A program made the translations under genes and the position numbers. Source: Candidatus Latescibacterota bacterium (GTDB lineage Bacteria; Latescibacterota; UBA2968; GCA-2709665). From it: a DNA stretch of 64,000 bases. Location of the stretch: positions 352,001 through 416,000 of the forward strand of contig OZ244744.1 of assembly GCA_965219455.1 (NCBI GenBank), written 5' to 3'. Below the pieces are notes generated by a model, which worked only from the letters and a program-made list of their open reading frames with translations, made no database searches and was not told where the DNA came from. Below are positions 48,475-56,966 of the stretch, one piece after another (the stretch's first letter is position 1; every line of letters starts with the position of its first letter).

Positions 48475-50811
48475 TCAGGAACGCGGCCGGGTTTTCTCCG
48501 GATCGTAAAACGGAAACCGCACCACCCGGGCGGGGATGCGCTTCTGATGACCGTCCAGCCTTCCCACCTCCACTTCCACGCCGATCGCGGCGTACCCGGA
48601 CGCCATGCGGCATAGCGCGATATTCTTGCGCAAAATGGGTGAGCGGCTGCCGCTGGTGATCACGCCCACGCGGCCGCGCCCATCGTAGACGCCGTCGCCG
48701 GTGGCGGCCGGTTCGTTTCCGGACACCTCCAGCCCCACCAGCGCCCGTTGCGGATGCGACCGCCTTCGAATCAGCGCCTCTTTACCTATAAAATCGTCTT
48801 TCTTGCGCTTGAGCGGAACGGTGAAGCCTATACCCGCCTCAAACGGGTCCGTCTGATCGTCAAACTCACAGCCCGCGAAGACCAGACCAGACTCAATCCG
48901 CAGCATGTCCAGGGCTTCCAATCCAAGCGGTGTCAGGCCATACGGCTGTCCCGCCTCCCAAATGGCATCCCAGACCGCAGGCGCATCGTGGGGATGGCAC
49001 CATACCTCATAACCCAGTTCGCCCGTGTAACCCGTCCGGGATACGACAATTGCCGCTCCGCTGCCATCGCCAATTCGACCCACCGTAAATCGGAACCAGC
49101 CCAATTCGTCCAGTGACGGGCGGGACGGAGGCGTCCAGATGATTTCGCGCAGAATTTCCCGGCTCCTGGGGCCCTGAACGGCAAGATTGTGGAGTTGGTC
49201 GGTCGAGTTTCTGACCCATACACGCATCCCCAGGCGACCCGCCTGCTCGCGCAACCACGTACCCCCGTAATCGTCGCCGCAGATCCAGCGGAAATTCTCG
49301 GACCCCAACCGAAACAGCGTGCCGTCGTCCAGCATCCCGCCTGTTTCGTAACACATGGCGGAATAAGTCACCTGCCCCGCCGAAAGCCTGCGAACGTCGC
49401 GTGTGAGCGTGTGCTGCAACAGCGCCTCGGCGTCCGGCCCGAGAACCTCGAACTTGCGAAGCGCGGACAGGTCCATCACCACCGCCGCCTCGCGGCAGGC
49501 GTAATATTCCTCAACGACGCCCTTCCCGGTATAGCTGGCGGGCAGCCAAAAACCGCGATATTCCTCAAAATGGCGAGTCAAGGCAGAGGTGCGTTGGTGG
49601 AAGGCCGTCTCCCTCGTCAACCTCGGCTCGGCGTCTGCTGTCATCCGGTGAGCAATCCCTCTGGAAAACCGGTACCGTTCAGGGTAAACGCGGACCTGAA
49701 TCTCCGTTGGCTCCCAGCCATTGGCCGGATCGATATCGTCCGGGCACGCGGACGACAGGCAGACCAGGTCCGTTAAGGCTTTCAACAGCACGTAATCGCC
49801 CGGACGAGACCATGGCTCATCCATGAAAAGGACGTTATTTCGATCGATTCTCGTATTGTAGAAAAAATTCACCGCGGGCCAGCCACGCCGGCGCTGAATC
49901 GTATACGGGTCCAATGCCACGTTGAAGTTGTCCGTACAGTTGACGTGACCGGGATAACCCATATCCTCGTAATATTTCGCGGTGCAGGCAAGCGCAAACG
50001 TATCGTGCCGCCCTACCGTATCCCGAACGACTTCGACCAGCGGCTGCATATCCTGGTCGTAAAATTTCGAAAACAGGCCCGGACCGGGATAGGCCGCGCC
50101 CATGAGCGTCCTCGTCGTGGTCGCATCCAGCCCCCGCTCGACACCCCGCTGCAATTGCCTGGCGTCGAATGCCAGAAAATCGGAACACTGGCGACCAGCG
50201 ACGTCGATCACCTGGATGAACTCTCCCGCCTTGACCTCGTAGGCAATTGCCGACGCCCTTTCTACCTCCCGATCCAGGCGCATGTCACCCAGGGGCGCGG
50301 GCATAGGGGGGCGTTCGGGCATTTCTACACGGGAACGCCTGACCACGACTTCCAGGTCCGTGGGGGGATCCTGGGCATCGGCCCTCATCGGACCGCCGGG
50401 CGCCGCAATTACGCAAACGGCGTCCCTCTCGACGGCGAAACACGCTTCGGTGCCCGCTTTCGTCTCTCCACCGAAAACCTGCGCCGCCCGTGCGTCCGAC
50501 AGGTCGACGCCCCTCCGCCGCAGGGCAGCATCAGCCGCCTGCGCGCTTTCGTCCCCGCGCCGGAGCGCCGCCGCGAAACCCTCCATCGCGCCGTCCGCCC
50601 GGAGGCCCAGCCTCGACGGATCGTCACCCCCGTCCGGGCCGAATACGCCCAGTTCGCAACGCTGGCGCCCTTCCACGTCCACAACCGCCAGTTGATCGCC
50701 CTGTGACAGCGCCAGGGCGATCGCCCCGCCGCCCGGCACCCGGTAGCGCTCCCTGCCCGGTGACCACCTCAGCAATCCGGTTCCCGTCATTTGGACGTTT
50801 GCAGGCATCAC
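48475..50811 (-). CDS. tdm: Trimethylamine N-oxide demethylase (DUF1989 + GcvT aminomethyltransferase)
   Basis: DUF1989 region with 'QCSDF', 'HDTFALAC', 'GHVNC', 'SSACPDD' (Cys/His/Asp metal ligands as in Tdm) fused to a GcvT domain 'SRTGYTGELGYE'. Confidence 0.87.
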   Translation of the reverse strand: MMPANVQMTGTGLLRWSPGRERYRVPGGGAIALALSQGDQLAVVDVEGRQRCELGVFGPDGGDDPSRLGLRADGAMEGFAAALRRGDESAQAADAALRRRGVDLSDARAAQVFGGETKAGTEACFAVERDAVCVIAAPGGPMRADAQDPPTDLEVVVRRSRVEMPERPPMPAPLGDMRLDREVERASAIAYEVKAGEFIQVIDVAGRQCSDFLAFDARQLQRGVERGLDATTTRTLMGAAYPGPGLFSKFYDQDMQPLVEVVRDTVGRHDTFALACTAKYYEDMGYPGHVNCTDNFNVALDPYTIQRRRGWPAVNFFYNTRIDRNNVLFMDEPWSRPGDYVLLKALTDLVCLSSACPDDIDPANGWEPTEIQVRVYPERYRFSRGIAHRMTADAEPRLTRETAFHQRTSALTRHFEEYRGFWLPASYTGKGVVEEYYACREAAVVMDLSALRKFEVLGPDAEALLQHTLTRDVRRLSAGQVTYSAMCYETGGMLDDGTLFRLGSENFRWICGDDYGGTWLREQAGRLGMRVWVRNSTDQLHNLAVQGPRSREILREIIWTPPSRPSLDELGWFRFTVGRIGDGSGAAIVVSRTGYTGELGYEVWCHPHDAPAVWDAIWEAGQPYGLTPLGLEALDMLRIESGLVFAGCEFDDQTDPFEAGIGFTVPLKRKKDDFIGKEALIRRRSHPQRALVGLEVSGNEPAATGDGVYDGRGRVGVITSGSRSPILRKNIALCRMASGYAAIGVEVEVGRLDGHQKRIPARVVRFPFYDPEKTRPRS

Positions 50812-52202
50812 CCCTCATCGGCTTCGGCCAGAAGCTGCCGCGCGAGTTCCTCCTTTTCCTTACCGTCCATCTTCCTGATTTCGTTCCTCAATAACCGTTC
50901 GTTCACGGACTGGTTCCAATAATCCAGGGAGTCAAAACCCAGCAGCACGCTCTTGCCCACAAACTGGCGGAGGACCTCGTTGGTTGGGCCCATCACCCAA
51001 CCGGCCTTACCGTCACGCAGGTATCGTTCGATCCCCAGATCGGGTTTGTACCCGGTACCGCCACAGGCATGAAGCATCTTGTCGGAGACGTTCGCCACGT
51101 TCTTTGCCGCCGTGAACTTCACCTGCCACATCCAGTGCAGCACCTGTGCCCGGGGCAGGCAGGCGAGGTCCTCGTGGATCGACCAGTCGCACTGGTTCGT
51201 CACATCGTCCATCGCCCTGGCCATCAGGTAGACAAAGGACCGGGAGGTGTTGGTATCGATCACGGCCTCGCCCACGTAATCCTGGATCGTCGGATAGTCC
51301 GCCACCCGCATACCCACGTCCGCGTGCCGTCTGGCGGTCGTGTGTCGCGTGGCGATATCGATCATCCCCAAAGAAATGCCGTTCCAGCAAGCCGATGAGC
51401 ACAACAGGAAAAACGGATCCACCGTTTCGTCGTTCGAATTCGCCCCGTCGCCCACGGGCCCGACCAGCCTGCCCTCCGGCATCGTCACGTTGTCGACCTC
51501 AAGCGTGCCGGACTGGTTCCCGCGCAGCCCCAGGCCATCCCACAGGGACGGCTCGGCTTTCACCTCGTCGGCCATCACGAGAAAACAGGACAGATTCGAA
51601 TAATCCCCCGCGAAATCCGGACTCGTCGTCTGCACGATGTACCAGTCGGCAAAACCCGCGGACGTCGTCCACGACGCCTTTTTCCGCACCTTCCAGCCGT
51701 CCGCCACCCGCTCGGCCCCGGAAGATATCGGATACCAGAAATGAGAACCCGTCTCCGGGTCCGAGTAGGATAACGTGCCTACCAGCACGTCTTCGTCGAG
51801 GCGTTTCATGAGATCCTGGAGGGTCGGGTTGTCGTGCGCCCGGAACAACGCCGCGGCCACGGCCCCGATGTGCATGGTATAACACATCGCCGTACTGGCG
51901 CACCCGTACCGCGCAAGCGTCTCCACCACCATCGCCGTACACGTATGGTTTTCCCCCAACCCTCCCCACTCCCGGGGTACGTTCAATCCGAGCAGGCCCA
52001 GCGAAGCCATCGCCTCGAAGTTTTCCCGCGGAAACACAAGGTTGCGATCGCTCTCTACCGCGTTATCCCGCAGCGTTGTCCGGCAAAGTTCGATCAGTTT
52101 CTCCTGTAGCGCCTCCTGCTCAGGTGTCAGTACCCATTGGGGGTCCCAGTCGTAGTCCATACCCCAGAACGCCTCCGGGCCCCACATCTTTGTTTTGCTC
52201 AT
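50808..52202 (-). CDS. Acyl-CoA dehydrogenase-fold flavoprotein of unknown reaction
   Basis: ACAD motifs 'LSYSDPETGSH', 'KASWTTS', 'LGLRGNQS', 'HACGGTGY', 'ERYLRD'; its stop overlaps the tdm start. Confidence 0.88.
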   Translation of the reverse strand: MSKTKMWGPEAFWGMDYDWDPQWVLTPEQEALQEKLIELCRTTLRDNAVESDRNLVFPRENFEAMASLGLLGLNVPREWGGLGENHTCTAMVVETLARYGCASTAMCYTMHIGAVAAALFRAHDNPTLQDLMKRLDEDVLVGTLSYSDPETGSHFWYPISSGAERVADGWKVRKKASWTTSAGFADWYIVQTTSPDFAGDYSNLSCFLVMADEVKAEPSLWDGLGLRGNQSGTLEVDNVTMPEGRLVGPVGDGANSNDETVDPFFLLCSSACWNGISLGMIDIATRHTTARRHADVGMRVADYPTIQDYVGEAVIDTNTSRSFVYLMARAMDDVTNQCDWSIHEDLACLPRAQVLHWMWQVKFTAAKNVANVSDKMLHACGGTGYKPDLGIERYLRDGKAGWVMGPTNEVLRQFVGKSVLLGFDSLDYWNQSVNERLLRNEIRKMDGKEKEELARQLLAEADEG

Positions 52203-52413
52203 AATGCCTCCCCGGTTTTAGCTGATGCCGGCAATCAGAGTCGAACGCGCCCTGGGAGAAGCACGCCGTCTGAGAATGACATAAGACACGTATTAAAAAG
52301 GAGTCACAACGATTTCCGCCGACAGCGCATCACCGGACTGCTCGCCGGTCGGTCTTTCGCAGGAGCGTTGCCGTGCGGCCGCCCGGCGCACCGCAGCAGA
52401 CTCTTTGCACTGG

Positions 52414-52830
52414 TTACCCGGAGGACCCGGCATCGTCTTCAAGCTTTATTCCGTATGCATCTCTGAGTTCCATAATTGGATGCTTCCCGGACATTTGAAA
52501 CTTGACAAGCAGTTCCCGTGCAATCATGTCACGCTCCTGCTGGTTGCCGGGCAATGCCATATCTTCGGGAACCAGAACCCAGCCATTGATATTCCGGTCG
52601 AATACCGCGGGCTTTCCGTCTTCGTATCCCATATGTACATCTTCCAGCCAGTTCAGGTCACGCCACCCCATCAACTCGATGTATCGCTTCAAGAACGGCG
52701 TCAGGAGCGTATAATCCGGAGGCAGGTTTACGTCGTACCGGTATCCAATGTGCTGTCCGATTTCTTTTTCGCGGTCCGAGTCCAGACCCCTGGACTTCAG
52801 GTAATAGTTCACGTCGTTGGCTTCGTCCAT
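52414..52830 (-). CDS. Conserved-looking hypothetical protein (138 aa)
   Basis: AAGGAG RBS before ATG 52830; natural globular composition; no family recognised. Confidence 0.75.
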   Translation of the reverse strand: MDEANDVNYYLKSRGLDSDREKEIGQHIGYRYDVNLPPDYTLLTPFLKRYIELMGWRDLNWLEDVHMGYEDGKPAVFDRNINGWVLVPEDMALPGNQQERDMIARELLVKFQMSGKHPIMELRDAYGIKLEDDAGSSG

Positions 52831-52917
52831 CGAATTCTCCTTGCCACCGCCGCAACCACCCGGGTGGCGTGCGGCCACGGCCGGACCTGACGATCACTGT
52901 GCGGTCCTTTTCGGAGG

Positions 52918-54288
52918 TCAGTACCTGTTCATTTCGGGATGTCCGACGGTATAGCGGGTGCCTGCCAGCGGCACCTCCGCCATGGCGGATGCCTCCATTG
53001 TGAGCGCGGCAAGATCCTCCGGCTCCAGGGAATGCACATCCGTCTTTCCGCAAGCCCTGGCGAACATCTGACATTCGATGGCCAGGGTATGCAGGAAGTT
53101 GAATACCCGTTCGGCCGCCTCGTCCGGGTCCAGACGGCTTCGCAGCACCGGATCCTGAGTGGCCACGCCCACCGGACACAGTCCGGTGTGGCAGTGATAG
53201 CAGGAACCCGCCGGTACGCCGACCGTGCCCTCGTAATCCGCCTCGGGAATATCCTTGTTGCAATTCAGCGCCACCATCGCCGCCGTGCCGATGGCCACCG
53301 CGTCGGCGCCGAGCGCCAGCGCCTTGGCAAGGTCGGCTCCGTTGCGAATCCCGCCTGCATAGACGAGCGTAATCTCCCCGGTCTTGCCCACGTCGTCCAG
53401 GGCCTTTCTGGCCTGCCTGATGGCCGCAATGCCCGGTACGCCCGTCTCCTCGGTGGCCAGGTGGGGACCCGCGCCCGTTGACCCCTCCATTCCGTCCATA
53501 TAAATGCTGTCGGGGCCCGTCTTCGCCGCCATCCGCACATCGTCGTAAACCCGAGCCGCGCCAAGTTTCAACTGAATGGGAATCTGCCAGTTGGTCGCCT
53601 CGCGAATCTCCTCGATCTTCAACGCCAGATCGTCGGGCCCCAGCCAGTCCGGGTGCCGCGCCGGCGAACGCTGATCGATCCCCGCCGGCAACGAACGCAT
53701 CTCGGCCACCTGGTCGGTCACCTTCTGGCCCATCAGATGTCCGCCAAGCCCTACCTTGCATCCCTGACCGATAAAAAACTCCACGCCGTCGGCGAGACGC
53801 ATATGGTGTGGATTGAACCCGTAGCGTGACTGAATGCACTGGTACAGCCATTTCTCCGAATACCGGCGTTCGTCGGGCAGCATGCCGCCTTCTCCGGAAC
53901 ATGTCGCCGTACCCGCCATCGTGGCCCCTCTCGCCAGCGCCACCTTCGCCTCGTAGGACAGCGCCCCGAAGCTCATCCCCGTTATGTAGACAGGAATATC
54001 CAGCACCAGCGGCCGCCTGGCCATAGGCCCCAGGACCGTCCGGGTTTCACATTTTTCACGGTACCCCTCGATCACGAACCGGGTGAGCGTGCCCGGCAGA
54101 AACGTCAGGTCGTCCCACGATGGAATCTGCTTGAAGAGCGCCATACCGCGCATACGGTACCGACCCAGATTCGCCTTGATGTGTATATCGTCGATCACAT
54201 GGGGCGGAAACATGAAATTCCTGCCCAGAACCTGCGGGTTCCGGTCGGACCTTCCATTGTCGTGGCCATTATCTCTACGCGCTTCCAT
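52918..54288 (-). CDS. mgsC: N-methylglutamate synthase FMN/Fe-S subunit (MgsC/GlxD)
   Basis: 'TRFVIEGYREKC', 'GMSFGALS', 'GQGCKVGLGGHL', 'RSPARHPDW', 'CYHCHTGLCPVG'. Confidence 0.88.
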   Translation of the reverse strand: MEARRDNGHDNGRSDRNPQVLGRNFMFPPHVIDDIHIKANLGRYRMRGMALFKQIPSWDDLTFLPGTLTRFVIEGYREKCETRTVLGPMARRPLVLDIPVYITGMSFGALSYEAKVALARGATMAGTATCSGEGGMLPDERRYSEKWLYQCIQSRYGFNPHHMRLADGVEFFIGQGCKVGLGGHLMGQKVTDQVAEMRSLPAGIDQRSPARHPDWLGPDDLALKIEEIREATNWQIPIQLKLGAARVYDDVRMAAKTGPDSIYMDGMEGSTGAGPHLATEETGVPGIAAIRQARKALDDVGKTGEITLVYAGGIRNGADLAKALALGADAVAIGTAAMVALNCNKDIPEADYEGTVGVPAGSCYHCHTGLCPVGVATQDPVLRSRLDPDEAAERVFNFLHTLAIECQMFARACGKTDVHSLEPEDLAALTMEASAMAEVPLAGTRYTVGHPEMNRY

Positions 54289-54401
54289 AAGACAATACTC
54301 CCGGCTTCGCATCTGGGGGATGACGGCCTTGTCCCCGTCGATTCGCCGATTACGGGGCGCACTAAAGCGTTTCGTTGTATTTGCGGACGGGAAATTGCTA
54401 G

Positions 54402-54429
54402 ATGATACGGCAAGGGCGCGTCATGTCAA
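54402..54429 (-). promoter_or_regulatory. Sigma70-type promoter of the methylated-amine cluster
   Basis: Minus strand TTGACA-16 nt-TATCAT, about 110 nt upstream of mgsC. Confidence 0.6.
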
Positions 54430-54607
54430 AGAGGGAAACAGTGCGGAGGCAAACGTGGAGGGCACAGGCGTTTCGGGATTCTCATATGCCATGTTTTCGT
54501 TAATGGCCAGCGGGCGAAAGGATGTTGTCTTGCTCTTTGGCAGACCCGTGTCTGATGTATCGTGGGGTATGGTCGTTGTCGACGGCGGCGACGTGAAGCC
54601 CGGCATT

Positions 54608-55339
54608 TCAACTTTCTTTCGATGCGAGATAGAGTCCACGATCTCTCATCAATCCGTGTTTGTCGAATCTTGGCCGGAGTCCCTCATCGGCCAGAATCTC
54701 GAGAAATCGCTCGCTGTCGAACAATGCCAATTTGTGGGTGTCCCGGAAGTACCGTACGCCCTTTTTTGTGGATAGAAGAAAATGGAAGTCGAGAACGGCC
54801 AGGTTTCCGCGACGCCTGCTCACGTTGTGCCTGGAGATTCTGACACCCTCTCCTTCCATGGTGCCACCGTGGATCGATCCCGGCCGAAATGTTTTCTTCG
54901 AGTAAAAGGGCTCTATGACAAGGATGCCACCCGGTTTCAGATGTTTTGCAAAACACGCGATTGCTCTCTTCAGATTCCGGTAGGTTCTTACGTAGGCGAT
55001 TGAGCTGAACAGGCAGACGACGGCGTCGAAGCGTCGCTTCATGTCGAATAAGGTCATGTCGCGGCGAAGGAATGAGACACCAGGAATCTTTTTGCGGGCA
55101 ACCTTCAGCATTTCCGGATTCAGATCGATTCCCGTTACACGATAGTGTTCGCGCAGAAACCGGGTATGTCCCCCGGTTCCGCACGCGACATCCAACAGGG
55201 CGTTGCCTGATGACAACCGATGCGTTTGGATCAATTGATGAACCCGTTCCGCCTCGGCGCGATAGTCCTTCCACTGATACATCACGTCGTAGAACGGCGC
55301 CAGTTCAGCCCACATCTTTTCGGTTTCTTTCGGTGCCAC
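54608..55339 (-). CDS. Class I SAM-dependent methyltransferase (TylM1/DesVI-like N-methyltransferase pattern)
   Basis: 'YD..Y..KDY..EA', 'LLDVACGTGGH', 'FDAVVCLFSSIAY', 'HLKPGG..VIEP'. Confidence 0.88.
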   Translation of the reverse strand: MAPKETEKMWAELAPFYDVMYQWKDYRAEAERVHQLIQTHRLSSGNALLDVACGTGGHTRFLREHYRVTGIDLNPEMLKVARKKIPGVSFLRRDMTLFDMKRRFDAVVCLFSSIAYVRTYRNLKRAIACFAKHLKPGGILVIEPFYSKKTFRPGSIHGGTMEGEGVRISRHNVSRRRGNLAVLDFHFLLSTKKGVRYFRDTHKLALFDSERFLEILADEGLRPRFDKHGLMRDRGLYLASKES

Positions 55340-55380
55340 GTCAGCCCCCCACCTCTACCGAAACCACGCGATGCGGTCGC

Positions 55381-56355
55381 TTACCTAGCCAGGAAATGAT
55401 ACGTGGCGCCCACATGGAACTGGTAATCGGAGGTTAGCTGGCTTTCGTTCACGTTCTGGTAAACGGGAAGCGGCAACCTCGCTTCGAGGCTCAGATTCTC
55501 CATTGCCCGTACGCCCAGCTTCGGCGCAAGATAAAGCCACGTGCCCCCGCGTTTTCGGGCTATCTTTCCATATTGGAAATAGTCGCGAGCCGTGTGAACG
55601 TGGTTCAGGCTGAGACCCGCAATAAACATGTCTCCATGCATATATTCCATTGAAAAGATGCCCTGAAACTCGTTCCCGTATTTGTAGCCATATACATTCT
55701 CGCGGGAAATAATGCGTGTGAAAAGCATACCGGAGAAAAACAGGTTGTCGAAGGCGCGCGACAGACTAACGGAGAAGATGGGGTCCATGCTGCCGGAACC
55801 CACCTGCAGCAAGTCGGCGAACCGCTGGCCATACTCATCGACCGCATGGGTCGACCCGTTCGCGAGCTTGACGCCTGCCGAAAAAAGCAGCCCAGGCAAT
55901 GCTTCCGGCAGAGGCGGAGCAAAGTTCAACATCAGGACAACGTCGCCGAGACCGGCGGCACTCCGGACATACTCGCCGCCCAGATACTGGTTGTCGTACT
56001 GACCCGGAAGAAGAAATTTGTCGTTGGTTATGGAACGAAACGGAAGAACAACGGCAGCTCCGAACCATTCGTTGACACCATAACTTGCGAACACCGACAC
56101 CGTTGAAATGCTGGTCACTTCCTGGTTGACGTTGGGGATCGGCCCTGTACCGAACATCGCATCGCCCAGAAACTCATGCTCGTAGTTCACGCTCAGAACG
56201 AAAAGATCCTGGGTAATCAGACTGCCCTGGAGCATTCTCCCGCCCGGGAGCACGGGACGACGTCAACTCACGCCTGGTTGCGCCGGCACAGATTTGTTTC
56301 CCGGAACCAGGTGGGTAAAAAGGACCAACGCCAAAACCGGTAAAACCCGTTTCAT
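55381..56355 (-). CDS. Putative outer-membrane beta-barrel protein with in-frame TGA at codon 31 (candidate selenoprotein)
   Basis: GAGGAG RBS and ATG 56355 give a signal peptide that is in frame with the 290-aa ORF across TGA 56263-56265; 'GLGD' and 'GSGSMD' motifs; C-terminal 'GATYHF'. Confidence 0.7.
56237..56250 (-). promoter_or_regulatory. Candidate bacterial SECIS hairpin
   Basis: CUCCC-GGGC-GGGAG stem-loop starting 13 nt after the UGA; the loop begins with G at +18. Confidence 0.5.
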
Positions 56356-56397
56356 CGTCCACGCTCCTCAAGCATTGTGGTTGGCGTTCAATAAAAA

Positions 56398-56901
56398 CTA
56401 GCCCTTCAATGCCTTATCCAGCAATTTTCTGAATTTTCGAAAGGAAGCGTACCCGGAAAATAGGACCTCCCCCCGGCCGTCTACGATCACCACGGTGGGT
56501 GTAAGCCGGGTCTCGAAGGCCTCGAACACTCGCCCATCCGTATCGATATAGCTGTGCAGAGATTCTTTCCTGCCGGCAAAATAGGTCTGGATCTCCTCCG
56601 CGCTGTTCTTCCACGCGATGCCGAAGACCTGGACCTTCTCTCCGAATTTCTCCCTTAACTTGAAGACATGCTTCATATCCTTCTTACATGTCGTGCACCA
56701 GGTGGCCCACAGATAAATGAAGGATGTCTTTCCTTCGCAAACCTCCGCCAGACTCAACGTATCACCCTCGAGCGTGACGACCTGCACCAGAGGCAACGGA
56801 TTGGAATTTTCGTCATTTGCGAACCCGATATCGGGGAAACAGAAGATAAGGCCCGCCCCCAGCATAACACCGGTGATCCAGACCCGTTTCGTCCCGCCCA
56901 T
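56398..56901 (-). CDS. TlpA/ResA-like exported thioredoxin-fold protein
   Basis: N-terminal signal, 'YLWATWCTTC', cis-Pro region 'TPTVVIVD'; GGGAG RBS before ATG 56901. Confidence 0.88.
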   Translation of the reverse strand: MGGTKRVWITGVMLGAGLIFCFPDIGFANDENSNPLPLVQVVTLEGDTLSLAEVCEGKTSFIYLWATWCTTCKKDMKHVFKLREKFGEKVQVFGIAWKNSAEEIQTYFAGRKESLHSYIDTDGRVFEAFETRLTPTVVIVDGRGEVLFSGYASFRKFRKLLDKALKG

Positions 56902-56966
56902 AATCACTCCCTTAAAGAACGGCATCCATACCCGAAAACGATGTCGCCGGCCGACCGATTGATAGA

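Noticed and set aside
54289-54395. Possible riboswitch in the mgsC leader (ccccgt/acgggg stem)
   Set aside because: There is only a short stem and no recognisable THF, ZTP, glycine or glutamine riboswitch consensus. It cannot be supported without an Rfam scan.
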